NCBI GenBank assembly: GCA_013239625.1
Contig: MU053557.1
Coordinates: 4,804,123 to 4,868,122, forward strand
DNA length: 64,000 nt
Direction of reading: 5' to 3'
Source: Lama guanicoe
Lineage: Eukaryota
Below the pieces are notes generated by a model. It saw nothing but the letters and a program-made list of their open reading frames with translations, was not told the origin of the DNA and searched no databases. Both the position numbers and the translations under genes were made by a program. Shown here piece by piece: positions 62,201-64,000 of the stretch. Each line of letters starts with the position of its first letter. The first letter of the stretch is position 1.

Positions 62201-64000
62201 GACAGGCAAGCACAGCAGAGATAATGGTGGCCGAGGGCCCGAGAAACAGCCTCCCTGAGGTCTGGAAAATATCAGCAGGCTCAGCCCAAGGCTTCTGAGG
62301 ACGCAGCAGCAGCCCAGACTCATCTCAATTCCTCAGGGCCCGGCAGCTCAGTCAGGCCCCATGAAGACCAGGGCTCTGGTCACAGGGCCCCCCAGAATCC
62401 TCTGATAGGGGTTATCTTTGTTCCTTTCAGGCAAGGGCACTGACTGGTGGAAGCCACCCCTGCATCCCTGATGCTAAAGGAACAAGCACCCCAGAGAGGG
62501 GCCTCCTGTGGACCCAAGGAGGGCTGGCAGCAGGGGCCCTGGACACAGAACTGTGAGTGCTCCCCACCTCTGCTCATCGGCACATACACTCCTGCAATAA
62601 CCCTATGCCTCAGGATAATCTCCCCATCCCAACACTCAGAATGACCAAGAAACCAGGCCTCAGAAAGGAAGAGTTGAAGGAAGGCCCTGCTGATTGATGG
62701 GGTGCAAGCAAGTCGGGACCATACGGCCTGGGTTGTAGGTGAAAAAAAAAATGGAACCAAAGAAAGGAAAACCCACCAGGAGCCAAGAATCCACCCTATG
62801 CTCCCTACAAACAAACAACGCAGAGACTGAGCTCTATGAAGAACAAAGGATTTGAAGGAGCCGTGGAGGGGGATGGTAATTTTCCCTGGAAAGGAGTAAA
62901 TTGGGTCATACTCTTGAAACAGCTAGACGTGGGGTGGTGTGTGCCCAGGTGCACAGTGCTTGGAACATGGTAAAGCTATAGAAACAGTAGCAGTTGTTCT
63001 TACTGTCCGTTACCTTCTTCCCCACCTACCAGTTGTTAGTGGAACAGACAGGATAAGGGACCAACTCCAAAAGACAGGTGGAAAAACTGAGGCCCAGGGA
63101 GGTGAAGGAACTCCATGCAGAGTCAAGCAGACAGTCAATTGCAGAGAGGCGTTCTGGCACCAGATCTCATGAGGATGGAAAAAGAGGAGGAAGATTTGGA
63201 AGTGAGCATGGGAGGCAAGCCTCCGACAAGGAGCAGACACGCCAGGGACATGAGGCGAGGCCCAGGCCTGGTTTATATAACAAATCACACCTGTTCATCT
63301 CTGCATGCACCACACGTGTGTGCAAACGTGCGCCCCAGCACAGCACACGCACCCGGCCCTCATTCACTAGCAAATGAGCCTTGAAGATTGGGCCCAAACA
63401 AATTGGATTAGGAGGGCTGCAGGCGCCTCCTCCCCCGCGCTGTCGGGCTCCGACACTGAGCAGGCCTACAGAGCTGCCAGCTGCGGTCTCTCACCACGCT
63501 GACAGGACAGTCGGTCCTCAGCCCCCTTGCCCCGCCCCCTGGGCCCCAGGAAGGGGCCGGGGTCTGAGAGGATGCCATGATGATGGATGGGCTGAGGGAG
63601 GTTCCAGGATTAGCTCAAGAGCACACAGGATGTTCATGCTTGTGCGAGGCTCATTTCTGAGCTGTTCCCAGCAACCCACCCCCAGCTCCCCTCCCACCCT
63701 CCCCTCCTGCAGCCCTTCCCACGGTCACTGCTGCCAGAGCCCAGAGCTCAGGGCGCGACAGATCTACCCCTCATCACTCAGTCTCACAGCTGGGCTGAGA
63801 AGGGACTGGTCAGCTCAAGAGACAGTGGCCTGGGGCTGAAAAGTACGTGGGTACTTTAGAGGGAAAAAGGAATTTGTGAACAGAAAGACAACACCATCGT
63901 AAAGGTGGCATCTCAGCGCTTTCTTATCCAGTTTTGTTTAATCCTCAGAATGTGCCTGGGAGTTAGGAGATTGTGCCCATAGTACAGATGTGACTACTGA

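Noticed and set aside
50872..64000. miR-143 / miR-145 hairpins
   Set aside because: Expected by synteny, but I did not find the mature sequences by eye in this window; they probably lie beyond 64000.

Overview
Mammalian genomic DNA, probably a camelid, judged from a young tRNA-Ala(AGC)-derived SINE of vic-1 type and the absence of recognisable Alu, B1, Bov-A or PRE-1 elements. The window is syntenic to human 5q32. Three complete spliced genes can be reconstructed with consistent exon phases: GRPEL2 (+, 4 coding exons, 225 aa), PCYOX1L (+, 6 coding exons, 492 aa) and IL17B (-, 3 coding exons, 180 aa). About 15 kb past the IL17B start lies a compact promoter (E-box, CCAAT, two CArG-like boxes, TATA-like) followed by a short non-coding exon with a strong donor. 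By synteny this is probably the start of CARMN/MIR143HG; I did not see miR-143/145 inside the window. The rest is intron and intergenic DNA with old MIR, L2, L3, L1M, MER and MLT repeats, whose family names are by eye. The most unusual observations are four. A tRNA-head/L1-tail retroelement is tandemly duplicated with three copies of its TSD just upstream of PCYOX1L exon 2. A truncated L1 appears to carry a 3' transduction. GRPEL2 has Gly in place of the redox-sensing Cys87. GRPEL2 exon 3 has a recursive-splice-like AG|GTGAGA start. I see no evidence for a wholly new protein-coding system; nearly all other listed ORFs look spurious.
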